Shown one piece after another: positions 46,194 to 58,326 of a DNA stretch of 64,000 nt. The DNA lies in NCBI GenBank assembly GCA_950097015.1, contig CATNEN010000007.1:2232001-2296000 (forward strand). The letters are read 5' to 3'. The stretch's first letter is position 1. Every line of letters begins with the position of its first letter. Both the position numbers and the translations under genes were made by a program. A model generated the notes under the pieces. The model was not told the origin of the DNA. It saw only the letters and a list, made by a program, of their open reading frames with translations, and made no database searches. The stretch comes from Macrostomum hystrix. Taxonomy: Eukaryota; Animalia; Platyhelminthes.

Positions 46194-48045
46194 GTGAGAG
46201 TTCAATAATTAGATAAGCGAGTTGAGTTCACCTATCACAGTACCTACTACTACGGGCAGTGGTCGCTGATTCACCAATTTCCCAGACAAGCTGGAGCAAG
46301 CGTTCCCTACAAGGCTTTACGCCAAATTGAAAAGCCGGTCTCGGCACAAAACAACCTCATATAGATTTCATTCTGTATGCCGTTTTAAACGTTGCACTGA
46401 CAGCACAAATAGTAACTTAGAGACTAGAGGCCATTGCTTTGGTGGGAATGAAATAATCTATGGCATTTGTGGCAGTACGAATCTATGGCACAGTGAGAAG
46501 GGGTGTGGGGGGCGAAGCCCCTAATGTTTGACTAAGCTATTCCTTGAATGTGGTCTACTAAACTTTAGTCTATGAACTAGAGGGACATTAATATGCACTG
46601 TCCAAAAGGACATTACTGCGCATCCTACGTGCATCATAATGTCACCAAAAGTGCATAGCAATGGTTTGCAAAATGATGAAAAAACCAACCAACTTATACA
46701 TCGTGATCACATTGTTTTATTTCCAGACAAGCGCACTAACTTTTAATTAAATTTAATACTGTATTAATACTGAATTATATTTTACTAGACTCAGTGACTC
46801 GCTGGTTCACTCGCTGTCCGAAGTTCGACTAGCAAAATTTCGACTAGTGAACTTCAAACACCGATAAAAATAATAGTGTAATAAACAAGCGAATATATCA
46901 GGGCAAAAAGAAAAAGCTTCAATAGCAAATGAAGCTGTCTTAGACAGAGTGGCAAACAATCATTTTGGTGTGCCACAGTCTCAATGCTAGCTCACCTTAC
47001 TGGCTCGGGTGTAAAGACACTTGCACATGACCCGATCACGCAGATTATAGAATAAATACAGACCATTCATTTTTCATATTTGCTCACAGGCTCTTTTTGT
47101 TCCTTATAAATGAGCTGCATTCATTACTCATGGCTCATATAGCTCATTATTCGTCGGAGATATGTGGGCCCGTGGGCGGGACAATCTAAATGCGGGGTCT
47201 GAGGTTTGCATAGCAAGCTTGTACGGATGTGTTCTAGCTGACCGCCAGGTGTCGAAAGCAATAGAGTAAGATCTCATTTAGCTTTTCGGATTTTATCTTA
47301 ATTCTTTTTTTCCTTTTCTTCTTAATTTTCTTCTTCATGAATATCATATTCTTCTTTTATCGTCGTCATCTGGCTCGTAACAGGCACGCCCAGCGTGGGT
47401 GGACCAGGATCTGCGCTCCTTAAATGCTGCGCGAAATTACCAATGTAGCTTGTGTTTGAGGTCCGAAAGCGCGAGTAATGAAGCAATGACATGAAAGCTG
47501 CCTGTCTTTTTGCCGTAATTGGTCCACGCAAACTTTTGTCCGTTTAGAAATTCGAATGCTTGCACACTCTTCAATACTTCAAGAACTTGTATATGTCACA
47601 CAGAATAGTCAAAGTTCACTTTTCATCTTAGTTTCTTAATTTCTATGTGCCGAAAAAAGTGAGACTCTGACATATTTTCTAAATTTCCTGATTTGACAAA
47701 ACCGTTTGAACAAAACTAACTCAAATAAATGGCTTTAGTTTTATTTAACTCGTAGTTATAAAGAATTAGAGAACGAGCACTTTGGGTAAGCGTTTATTAA
47801 ACAGATTAGCGGGCAGAGTAGAACTTCAGCAGAACAAAATTGGGGCCTGTATCGAGCGTGGAAATAATAGGCTTCATAATTAAGTTTGCTACAATGAAGA
47901 CGCGATCATTGTGATCACTTTTTGCTTGAATGAGTCAGCGAAATTCGAGCTGGAATAGACATGCTTGCTTATTCTGTGCCAGAATTTTAGTCTTTAAAAG
48001 GCCACTCAGGTCTTGCTTGTTGATCGGCATATTGGCAAGCTCATA

Positions 48046-51000
48046 CTAAAGTATTAATGCAAAGCAAAGCCCGATGCTGCTCAGAAGGACGAATGTGCCA
48101 CACTGAGATGTCTGGCGAGAATGGTTCAAGACGACTGGGAAGTCAGTAGCATTCACTGCACTGGTAGGCAGCTCTGTGCTATTTGTTGGAGTAATTCGCT
48201 TCTCTGTAGTCCAAGTCGTTGTCGGTTGAGCTGTTGTTGCTTCATTAGATGCTGGAAATTATTCAGATTTATCACTTTAAAAATTGCTGCACATATTGCA
48301 GCACATAATATTGGTGTCTCACTGGAACAGGCCAGTGGTGACGTCATTGAACCTCCACATCCGGGTGCCAGGCAGTTCGGCGGATTGAAGCCTGCCTTGC
48401 AGAAGCAGACTTTGCTGGTGGTTTGAACTCCGTTGCCACCGCAGCTGGGGCAGGATTCGCAAGCTCGAACAGTACTCAGTAGAGTGCAGGTTGAGTTCAC
48501 GCACATCTAAATGTGGGATATTGTTTCTAAAGTGAAAAACTAATCTGGTAGTATGCACCAACCCCTGACATTTTTAACTTCAGCTTTCAATGCTTGCAAT
48601 GGCGAATTACGGGTTAGTCGGTGGTTCTATTCCTGACTCAACTAAAACGATTTGTGTTTCGGTTATATTGTTTCGGTTCACCCAGCTGTTAAATGGGTAC
48701 CAACGTTTTCTGGGGCAATTGAGTGTGGGTGTGGTGTCCCACCAGTCCATGGACTGAACAGCCGTACGCAGCCTACAGATGCTCCGCGCAATAGCTGCGG
48801 CTGAGCTGTCGGCTGCAAATCTGACCCGATTGGGGCAGGTGTAATCAATAATTACTATTATTACTATAACTAACTTATCACCCAATGATTAACGTTGGCC
48901 AGTATTGTGTCGTTTTATGTCCGCACTAAATGCGGTGTGGTCTTGCTCCAGAACAAGTTGTTGCACAAGTAGGACTAAAGCTAGGGTCTTCGTTTTGCAC
49001 TGTTTAAACTATTGGTGGCTATTATTATTATACGGTCAAGATCATTGGACAGTGGATCGGACAGAATCGCATGGTTTTCAAGAATCGAACCAGGTCCTTA
49101 CAGAGTTGATACCGCACTTTGCTCCGTCTGGCACCAAAGACGGACTGCGGAGTCCCGCTGAGGAGACGTCAATGTTGGCAAGCGAGTAGCAGACGGTGGT
49201 CCCGATTGTCACCCGATTACCGTATGTCGGTTGGACGTCCTGGTAGCACTGCTGAAGACCGCATTCAGCATTCCTGTTTAAGTGCAGCAACACGCGCAGG
49301 GGCTTGATCTGGTTCAGGCCAACAAATTATTTGCCACTAATGCCTGCAACTTACTCTGGAGCGCACGCCACATACGAGTAGGTTTGAGTGATCCAATATG
49401 AAATAATGACATTCACCAGGCGCATGTGGCAATGTCCCAAAATATCCTCGCTCCTGACATTTAAGGAGCTAAAGCATTGGCTGTTGGCACTTCTGGCTGA
49501 TGACGAGAACAGTCTTTGGCACTGGTTGTCCGAGGTTCTGCACTGACCATTGTAGCAGAAGGCCTGAGGAAATCAGACATGGAAGCTCTTTATACGATCA
49601 GCCATGATTTAACGTAAAAAAACTGCTATAATTTGTCCCCTTGTTTTTTTTGTTTCGATTTCTGGATGGATATATTTACAAAAAACACTGCTATTTGCAT
49701 TGATACCTATCAGAATATTTTATTGTCATTGAATAACGAAAACCACAAAAACTTCAGAATTCTAGCTCGGTAGATAATTGGAAAAATCCGAAAACGTATC
49801 GCTGGCTGCCTTGCCTGTCCAGAAGCGCAATCCACGCCGTTCGCTACCTTGTCATCGCTTGGACACCATTCGCTTGTACCGCTGCAGGTCTCTGGTACAT
49901 CGCAGAGTCCGTCAGCCGTTCTGCACACCTGACCTCGCGGCCTCAGCGTGCAGTTGTTCCAGTCGCAGCATGGCCCCGATGCACAGGTGGCGCCCGACTT
50001 CAAGCGACACGTGCTGGCTTCGCAGCAATTTGAAGAACATGTCTTTGAAGAGCGAATGGTAAGTGGATTTGGGAAATGTCAGGGCTGACAACAAGCGAGT
50101 AATCTAGCACGGCTCATTCTACTATACTAATGTCCTACTATATACTTCATTATTTTAAGGACGCTAATTATATCAGCCCATTTATAATTAATTCTGAATT
50201 ACGTGCAACCATTAGGGCCAGTTCTTGTTGCTAGTTTTCAGGCATCCCACCTGAGCAGGGCCGCAGTCGCACTGCTCGCCAGCTTCCAGAATGCCGTTGC
50301 CGCACAACGCGCCGCTACTGCTTGAGAAGGAAGCCTCCGCGACATCTTCCAAGCAGCTTCGCCAGGTCTCACCGGCTTGGGAATTCCAGGTGTTGACGGA
50401 GCAGGAGGACCAACCCAAGGCTTCCGTGCTGCGGTAGATGGTGGTGAGATTTAGTGATTTTTTAGTCATGTTTAAATTTAGAATGATAAAACAGAATGTT
50501 TCAAAATCAGAAATCAGAGTTTTTTAAATAAAAATTTTGTTATTATTTAATTCTGGGCTAATTTTCGTAGGCTTATGAAACTGATTCGGACAAAAGACCT
50601 TAGACCTTACCGAGTTGCAGAAGCCAGGTAAGAGTTCATGATGCAGCCAGTCGATGATCGATTACAGACACAGCCAACTTGGTCTTGAATGTGCTGGAAG
50701 CCCAGGTTGTGGCCGATCTCATGAGTCAAAACCAGCGCAGTGGTGATCGCTTCTGGATAAGCGTCCTGCGAAGTTGTTTGTTCGAATAACAAGCGTAGTC
50801 AGAAGAGGCGTTTAGGTTGTGTAGGGAATGGAGTGGAGTGAGTGGAGTGCCAATATTTCTTCCAGAACAAGATTTTTAAAGAACTTGAGTAAAAATTTGC
50901 ACTCACCGTGACCATTCCACATGAGTTCAATCTTTTGCAGGTGGCCCTGAGCCAGGCCACACCCAATGTGTTGCCGCCGTCCCAGCTTCGGGCGCTGTGA

Positions 51001-52200
51001 ATTTCGGTGTAGTTCAGGTATAAAATGAGCAGACATTTAAAAACTTCCAAATACTCACAAACAGAACAAATGCTTGAGTGTACTCCGTGGTCACTACCAC
51101 CGCACCTTAGAAGCATGACAGTGTCGTGCCGAATGCTGAGTCGCAATGCTTTGTAGGTTGTAAACCTGTCTAGAGTTGCATCGGAGTTTGAGTCGATAAG
51201 GATTTCATCCGGCCACCAAACAATTATGTCGGTGAGCACTAATCTCAGTTTGAGTGGCTGGTACAGCTGAAAATGACCGAAATAGCGTTGAAATAGAAAG
51301 ACAATGACTAAGAGGACCGGATATTTTGTTTGCGGTTTGAATTACTTTCCCTCACCCCATTCACAAAGTTGGCGATCTGTAGGGCTCGGGCCACGGCACT
51401 TTCATTACCACCCGAGTTGCTGATCTAGACAGAGAGAATTTGCGGAGAGGTGTGTTCGACAGGTTCTGTCTACTTCATTGTGTATGCGTCATTCTACTCA
51501 TTAACTTACAAAGCTCTGATCCAGAATGAGGGCCATTTCCAGTTGTTTATCCACAACAACACCTTGAAAGCTTTCCAAATTCATGGCGCTTCTAGTCGAA
51601 CCGGTGGTGTCAGCCTGTGCGTTCTGCTCCGCCAGGTCGACTGGCGAAGTCCTGTAGCGACACAGATTTGCAGCTTCTTTCTCTCGAGCTTCAAACCTAG
51701 ATGCAACCGCAGGTGTTGCGCCGGAGCTGGCTGAAAACCGCTCAGCCTGGTACCATGTGCCATTGTGCCTGAAGGTCATTCTGAAGAAGAATATGTACGA
51801 GTATAAGTTATTTGTTACACACTCTGGTTAGTTTAGCCAAAGTTGTAAAATATATCATAATTGTTGCGCAAAAAGTTAAAGCTGAAGGCCTACTCGACTA
51901 GACTAGACAGTAGCGAAGTGATTTCCAGTGGTTCTGTTTAAAGCCAACGACTTAACTCACTTGAGTAGTCCTCGTATTTCGCTAGCGAACACGGAGTCAC
52001 CTGTGTTGGAGTTTGTGCCGTGGTATAGACACGGCGGTCTGCGCTCAGCTGTAAAGTTGCCTCCACTTGTGTGGATGTACACGCGCTTGTTGACAAGGGC
52101 GCTAAAACAAATTGATTTGTGTGCTATTTTTCATTTCTGTTCTGGAAATTTTACTTCGTCAATATTGAAAGTGGCAGACATTGGCTTTCGAGAGTGTGAA
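48046..52200 (-). CDS. ADAM metalloprotease-disintegrin paralogue A (active-site motif intact; GPI-signal-like C-terminus); 5' exons not resolved
   Basis: Prodomain PPCLYHG. HEIGHNLGFQH at 50723-50691 followed by the CIM Met-turn. Disintegrin CGNGILEAGEQCDCG...CCD...CDVPETC. Cys-rich VPDGAKCG and an EGF-like exon. Last exon 48251-48046 encodes an S/T-rich stalk ending FVLLSSIGLCFALIL*. At least 11 exons are in phase. Confidence 0.88.
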
Positions 52201-53596
52201 ATCCTAACACAACAATTCGCTACCTTGTAGACAGAGTAAATGCTATGTCAAGCAGTTCGCTGGAATTAGCCATCTGCACACGGACTGACATCCGAGACTC
52301 GCAGTCTCTCGTCATGTCCTCGTAGCTCCACGCATGCCTGTGTATTGACCCGCAAACGCAGGTCAAAAGGTAGGCAAGGCTAACTGTAGTGAAATCTAAA
52401 AGAAATAAATTTTAGGGTTACTTTTGCTTGAACGAGAAAGTTCGACAAATCAGGGAAACTTTTAGTAATCGCCAAGAAGCCGTACAGTTTATGTATCGAG
52501 GCAGCATCCCGAAGCAGTTCAGGTGTGGATGCGCCTATGCTCTTGCAGTTTTTGCCAATTTGGGTGCAGAGCATAGCATATATAATGTAGCATTATATAT
52601 AGTGCTCAAAGCTTATAAAGTGTTTTTTGTTAGTCACTGATGGCTAAAAATAGCAACACCGTCTCGTCTCGCTTGCCATTTTCGTCTGTGTTATTAGTGG
52701 CCCGTTTCGAAAATTTATTTTTTAACCTGCAGTTCAGTTTTTCATGTTTAATGCATGGAATGCAGCAATCTATTTCTATTGCCTGCATTTGGAATTCAGT
52801 GTTTCTGGACCACAAGAACCATTGGACTTGACAGAAAGTCAATTAAAGAACACAACAGATTAGAAATGCGGTAGGCGAGTACAACGGAAATAAACACCGT
52901 TATTCACGGACGCTGTACAGGGAGCACCCTGTTAGAAAGTGGTGACGTTTAGCTCTACTGTCTACGAGTTTGAAATCGCTTCGCTCCAGAAGGTTTCGAG
53001 AATCACATATAGCTTATAGGGACGTATGCAGAAACTGGGTAGTTAGTCCGAACTGGGTAGTTCGGTCTTGGTCATGAAATCTGTGTGCGTAGAAACTAGC
53101 CACGACTATCGGAATGAATTTAGAGTAGACTAGTCTAGACTAGAAAGAATGTTACGTTTTAGCGTAGAAAAAGTTTTGCTGTACTAAAGTGCCACCAATT
53201 AAATTCAATCCCAAACTGATTATCTGTTTTTAATTGATTAATAAATTCGGCTGCTGAAGAAAAAATAGAGTATTACGAGTATACGAGTAATAGGGATTAA
53301 GAAAAATACATCCCTAAACTCTGTGTCATCTCACTTAAATTCATGCGCTAAAAATACAACCCGCAAATTTATGTAACAGTCAGTATAGAAATCTCCGGGT
53401 TGTCTGTAATTACAACCCGCAAATTGGCCATACACTTCAATACTGTATTGGGGGTGTGGGGGCGAAGCCTCCACATTCTATACCATAGACATATTTTATA
53501 AAGACAGACATAAGACAGATAAATAGCAGCAAAGCCTAACTGAAACAAAGTTAACTTGTACTTAAAAGTTACACTAAAGTTTACATCCCTTAACAA

Positions 53597-54370
53597 ATGG
53601 CAGAACGAAGACTTATTTTAAACCCGTTGGTTGATTATTCTAAAGAATACGTCGGAGACTATGATCCAAATAAGCTTACGATGGACGATTTAGACCTACT
53701 GCTGGACGCTGGTGAAGATTTGCGAAACCCTTACGCATTGCAAGAGGTGCGGTCGTCGCGTGAAGAACCTGGTCCATCAACGCTGCCAAAGGACTTGACT
53801 CTCGATATGGTTCGATCAGTTAATGAGTCGACAAAGCCTGCCAATACCGCCAATCGGAAAAGAGGGACAGAAGTGTATTGTTTACAAAGAGATGGCCACG
53901 AGGACGAATGCTGGTGGATTGCGCGACACTCGCTTCAAACCAAAGGAAGTTCTTCACTTCGCCAATGCAGCCAATCCGGAACGTTGTCATGTTCGGCTTT
54001 TCGAGCTTTTTAAGAAAGTCAGGCCTAGCCAGAGTAATAGATTCTACCTTCTGCCGCTGAAGCAACCATCGGAGAAACAATGGTACTCGAATCGTCCAAT
54101 TGGCAAAAACACCCTGAAAAGTTTCTGCATGAAATGTGCACTGAAGCCGAGATTTCTGGCCACAAGACTAATCATTGTCTACGCGCTACATGTGCTACAC
54201 GTCTTTACCAAGCTGGCGTTGAAGAACAGCAAATAATGGAACGAACAGGTCACCGAAGTTTGGCTGGACGTCCGACATTCAAATCGCCAATTCCTGCGCT
54301 GTATTGGACACTAAAATACTACGCGAGGCTGAGACAGACGCAGCTAGCGTCCGCGGTGAGCGTGAGCTGA
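53597..54370 (+). mobile_element. Crypton-like (DUF3504/ZMYM-type) tyrosine-recombinase remnant, frameshifted and internally deleted
   Basis: Joining three frames gives KPANT...CIVYKE...NAGGL...ERCHVRLFELF...FYL.PL...WYSNRPIGKNTL...MC.EAEISGHKTNHCLRATCATRLYQAGVEEQQIMERTGHRS, the typical DUF3504 C-terminus. The catalytic Tyr region is disrupted. Confidence 0.75.
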
Positions 54371-55799
54371 ATTTCAGTTTTAATAACTGCTCAGTCATCA
54401 TCAAAAATTGATTACATGCATGCGATGAACCCAACTGTTAATAACTAAAAACTGATCTACCTTAAGTCGAAACAAACTAACTAACCTAAGTAAACTAAGC
54501 TACCTTGTTGCCCACTAATAATACCTGAAATTTTCGTTTTCCAGTTATATTCATAATCTCGTTTTTTGCCTGCACTTTTCATCCAGAATGAAATATAACA
54601 TATACAACTCGAAAAAATACAAATTCTAGCTCGGTGTTTTGTGTCTATGGTAAAAATACATCCCCGGAAAATCCCTTCGCAGGGATTTAAGAGTACTTGA
54701 ACCCGGAGGATTTTACTTCGAAAGTTAACAGGCATTGAAAACGTTTAAAATTGTTGATAAGGTGTGAAAACGACGGAAAACATATTGCTGCGAATCAAGG
54801 AGGATAATAGTAAGATGACTGAAGTCGGACCGCCTCCATAGATGTCGATAAATGACATTGAGCATAGTAGGTGATGACAATCCACAACCGACCCTATCTG
54901 GACTTAGCGTTGGGCTGACCAAGAATGACAACTTTTGGCCGTGCAACTTGTGACCGAACTAAATACGAGCGTATTGGTATTTCTAATCGTACCTCCAAGC
55001 TTTGCATGAGTGGCTCCTACCGATCACGAAATACTCGCTGCTGATGGATGTCTTGTCGAAGAACATTTAAAGCTAGTAATATCCTCGTAGATCTCAGTTT
55101 CCTGTAATAGGCTGTAACCTAGTCAGCTCCAAAAAAGGCTTGGTTTTTGGGCAGTTCAGACTACGAATTCTATATTACCTTGTCGAGAACACAGATACTA
55201 TTATATTATACTAAATGCTGCAGTGGCACATCTAGGTATATAGAGTACTCTATAGAGTACAATGTAGTTTTGCTTTCTGACTTTATTTTTGGATGCGAAA
55301 TTTAATGAGGCAATTATCTAGCTTTTTCAGGGATTTATTTTTAGTTCATCGTCTATTCCTTTGTTGGTTGTGACCATGGATCAAATAAAATCCTGGAGTT
55401 TCATCAATGATTTACATGAGATAGCACATGCATTTTTCTCGAGCCATCTTCACAAGGGCCTTCGGCCATTGTGATTTATACAAATAGCTCCCTCAAAATG
55501 CATGGGAAATCTGATAAATGATATAAAATATATTGATTGAATATAGTATTTAAAACGATTGATTTTTGCGGTATTAATCAGCCCTGTTGTACAAGACATG
55601 CAAGAAATATATATTTTTAATTGAAACGCGAGGTTGGCAACCCATGCTTCTATTATCGTTTTGACTATATAGCAGCTTGCGAAACATTGAGAACTTCCAG
55701 ACCGAGACTTTCCGATGATAACAGATTGTGCTTCAAGTATCAAGCAGAAGTTGGTTCTTACTGCACAGACTAGAAGGACAGGACATTGTGGACTGAGTT

Positions 55800-56140
55800 C
55801 AATCATATGCAACTCAGCCATGAGCGTGTCGATGTCATGTGGCGCTTTTGTGGTGCAGGTGAGTCTGCGCTAGCAGTATTTGAAGAGTGGCTCTGAATAA
55901 GCATCTGGCGACGCCGGCGCAGAGTAACGCTTAGGGCCGGAGCGCCGTCGCGGGCCATATGGATGGCAGCCTCTTAGGGGGAAGGACCTGCAGAGCGCAC
56001 CCGCTCTCGCTTTTCGGTCATCGGCATGCTTTCATGTCCCATAGAGAAGGATCAGTACCACGGCTGCGCTGAATAGGTGCACTTTCATGTTGTCGAGTTT
56101 CAGACATCCTCCTGTCAGACACGATCGAGTCTGGGCTAAT
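55800..56140 (-). mobile_element. Degenerate RTE-like LINE RT C-terminal fragment
   Basis: Minus-strand frame reads MKVHLFSAAVVLILLYGT*, resembling the K..LF.A.V...LLYG.E.W motif. It is interrupted by stops. Confidence 0.45.
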
Positions 56141-56426
56141 GACTAAACGTCGGAAGCGTTGGCTTCGGACCAGCACGTGGCATTTTAGATATCAATAATC
56201 AGAGAACAGTTAAGGCCTACGCAGTCAACTATGCTACAAACGCAAGTTTGAATGCTTCGGAAAACTATTTTCATGGCGTTTATTTATATACCTTAGTTAC
56301 GTATTCTGTTAATTATTTATTTAATTAAAAAAAATCCTATTGCAATGCGTCAGCACAATTAATTTAAAGCAAATGCAGTCTCACAAGCTGCAGGGCATCA
56401 AGTTAAACACAGCTTCGTTTGCAAAG

Positions 56427-57587
56427 ATGGCCACTTCGGCTTCGTTCACACGATACGACGTCAGAAACATCATCAAGTTTTCAGTTTTGGCTGGCAAATC
56501 AACATCAGAGATTCATGAAGAGATTGGACAAGTTCTGAAAGAAGATGCTCCATCATCAGTTCGGAAATAGGTCCGTGAAGTTCAAGGAGGCAGGCTGTCG
56601 ATGGAAGACAGAGAGCCGTCTGGAAGGCCAAGAACAGCCACCACTGATGCAAATGCAGAGCACGTCAAAGCTGCAGTCACTGTTGACAGCAGATTGACTT
56701 GCAATGAGATCGAGGACCTCCTGGACATTCCTCACAGCACAGTGCATCGCATTCTTACTGAGCAGCTGAACATGCAGAAGATCTTCGCAAAGTGGGTGCC
56801 TCATCTCCTGACTGAGGACCAAATGAAGGAGAGGGTGACCCTGTCGCAAGAGCACATTCAACGGTTTAATCGAGAGGGAAGCAACTTTCTCAGCAGAATT
56901 GTGACAGGAGACGAGACATGGGTCTACGAGTGGGATCCTGAGCTCAAGCGCCAGTCAGCACAGTGGCTTCCAAGGGGATCAGCGAGTCCTGAGAAGGTTC
57001 AACGGAAGCAGAGCTCCTTGAAGGTGATGCACATAGTCTTCTTTGACATCCATAGGGTCCTGGTGGACTGGCCAGTGCCAATCGGCACCAAGGTGAATGC
57101 AGAATATTACCGACGGGTACTGCAAGAAAAATTGAGGCCATCCATCAGGAAAAAGCGGCCTGGTTTGCTGGAGAGAGGCGTGATTTTTCACCACGACAAC
57201 GCACCTGTGCACCGCGCCAGAAGAGTGGAGGAGCTCCTGGAGTCCTGGAACTGGGAGGTCCTGGCACAGCCACGCTATTCACCTGATTTGGCTCCAGCGG
57301 ACTTCTATATATTTCCCAGAATGAAGGAGAGCCTTCGTGGACAACGTTTTGCCTCTGTGGAGCAGATAAACAACAATGCTTCATCAGCTTTGCGGCATCT
57401 GGTCACCGGCGGCTGCGATGCTGCCTTTCAAGCGTGGGTACGGCGCTGGCAAAATTGCGTGGACCTTGGCGGCAAATTTGTGGAGTAACTATGACCTGTT
57501 TTTAATACTGTTAAAGTTTTAGGACTTTCCTTCAAACTGTTCGCTTTTTATTGTTGACCGAAACTTACTTTTGGGATAGCCCTCGTA
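56427..57587 (+). mobile_element. Mariner (Tc1/mariner D,D34D) transposon with one premature stop; right TIR present, left TIR not found
   Basis: Runs from ATG 56427 (MATSASFTRYDVRNIIKF) through an in-frame TAG at 56568-56570 to 57488. Motifs SGRP, KWVPHLL, VTGDETW, HHDNAPVH and YSPDLAPADF, with 34 residues between D2 and D3. The right end reads CTTACTTTTGGGATAGCCCTCG+TA at 57564-57587. Confidence 0.9.
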
Positions 57588-58326
57588 CTTGCAACTTTCT
57601 CCAACTTTTTTATTCGTACTTTATCGACAAAATCAGCACCCTTGGACGGCATGTGCTTAATCACATAAGAGTATTACGAGCTATAAACAATGAAGTGCAT
57701 TTACGATGAATATAAACTAGGATTAACTTCTCATATGATAGTCTTCAATATATCAGTTAAAATTAATCTGAGGCAAGCTCACGCACTCGAAAAATGTGAA
57801 GATGTTCACGAGTAATGTACTCGTACTTTAAATCATACGAGCTTTAACATTAATCAATACTTCCTGAACGATTGAATATGCAATCACGCCTAGCTAAACA
57901 TACTGAGAGCTTGTGTACTCGAGTAACTGGGTTTGGTACTTTAAACTGGGTTTTGGTGCTTTAGCACTTGGCTCTTTCAAAGTTAGATGTAATTGAAAGC
58001 AGCTTAGTGCTCAGCAAGGGTCGAACCCTCATCAGCAATAGCAGCTGCAGCAGCAGAAGCAGCAGCAGGTCCTGAGAAGTAGCTGGGTAGAGGTTCATTG
58101 AATCCCAATGAACAGGGCAGTGCAGAAGTGTGAAACGTTGGCTGGAGGTTTTGGCTCTGCCAATGCAGGTTGGGCCCGTAAGCTGGCTGAAAGGAACAAG
58201 AAAAACTTTATTTTGTGAATAAATAAGAAACGGCCCTTGATAATCTTTCCTTTGTTTCCTTAACCTTTTAATTCCGAGAACATCTGGTGTTAAGTTTTGT
58301 AAATATATTTTCTAGCGAGATAACCA

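Noticed and set aside
48153-48322. Read-through C-terminus ETPILCAAIC…LPVQ* of ADAM-A as the main product
   Set aside because: The paralogue has a donor at the identical position, and a good acceptor gives an in-phase terminal exon. The read-through is treated as intron, although retention is possible.
46500-53470. GGGGTGTGGGGGCGAAGCC hairpin motifs (46501, 53451) as terminators or ncRNA
   Set aside because: They are too short to support a call and are more likely subterminal motifs of decayed transposons.
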